Of a stretch of DNA of 64,000 nt, positions 63,472-64,000 are shown piece after piece. The position numbers were made by a program, and so were the translations under genes. Origin of the DNA: Lytechinus pictus (taxonomy: Eukaryota); the NCBI RefSeq assembly GCF_037042905.1, contig NC_087251.1:24926001-24990000 (forward strand), written 5' to 3'. The notes beneath the pieces are model-generated. The model was not told the DNA's origin and did not search any database. It was given only the letters and a program-made list of their open reading frames with translations. The first letter of the stretch is position 1. Each line of letters begins with the position of its first letter.

Positions 63472-63803
63472 CACTGGCGGGTCCAGGTGGGCACAGCCGG
63501 CCCGTACCCCCCCCCCCTCGAGAAGCAAAATTAAAATTTGTAATGTAAAACGCCGTTGAAACAGAAGTGTGCCCCCCCCCCCCTTTGAAAGTGAAGACTT
63601 TTTTTGTGCTTGTTAAATTTGTTCTCGGACGAAATCTGCTAAATTTTTGGTACCCCCCCCCCCCCTTTTTGTTGGCTTGTCAAAATTTTTTCTGGGACAA
63701 AATATTCATGATTTTTGGTTGAAAACCTTTTTTTTTTTGCTTGTCAAAATTTTCCGCGGAAAACTTGCCCCCCCCCCTTTGGAAAATCCTGGATCCGCCC
63801 CCG
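63472..63803. mobile_element. hAT-like MITE with an 8-bp TSD
   Basis: aacctata|cactggcgggtccagg ... cctggatccgcccccg|gacctata; empty homologous site gacctata at 62756-62763. Confidence 0.85.
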
Positions 63804-63896
63804 GACCTATATTACAATAATACAATACACAGGTCAGAATGTTGCATTATGCTGGCCAGATGTGAGTAGTTGGGGTCTTTAGGTGGCGCTATAAGG

Positions 63897-63954
63897 CTTC
63901 TAGTTTGTTGCCGCTATAAAGACCTTCTAGTTTGTTGCCGCTATAAAGACCTTC
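63897..63954 (+). repeat. 27-bp perfect tandem duplication
   Basis: cttctagtttgttgccgctataaagac twice. Confidence 0.9.
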
Positions 63955-64000
63955 TTTCGAACAAACTACCTTATAGGGGCGGCGATATATCTGTCCAATT

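Overview
AT-rich, repeat-dense animal genomic DNA. The spliceosomal introns, microsatellites, LINE remnants and many MITEs suggest a marine invertebrate deuterostome, most likely a sea urchin (inference, not a database match). Two protein-coding genes are supported: (1) an intronless class A (rhodopsin-family) GPCR on the minus strand (3731-5089), with non-canonical sodium-pocket residues and a 23-Ser tract in ICL3; (2) a four-exon Fos-family bZIP gene on the plus strand (31606-37453), with a CRE/CCAAT promoter and a long AU-rich 3' UTR, in about 11 kb with no recognisable transposons. The rest is mostly non-autonomous DNA transposons, often nested and sometimes with filled and empty sites both visible: a Helentron/HINE-like element with a nuclear-receptor-site-rich tandem array, and Tc1/mariner-, Kolobok-, hAT-, Harbinger-, EnSpm- and foldback-type MITEs. 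There are also LINE 3' fragments, a near-identical 2.15 kb tandem duplication, and a tRNA-like sequence with a TCA loop inside an element with interleaved inverted repeats. No prokaryotic systems or CRISPR arrays were seen, and I cannot claim a proven novel system. The best leads are the tRNA-carrying DIRS-like element, the hormone-response-element array, the Trp in the Fos zipper and the atypical GPCR.
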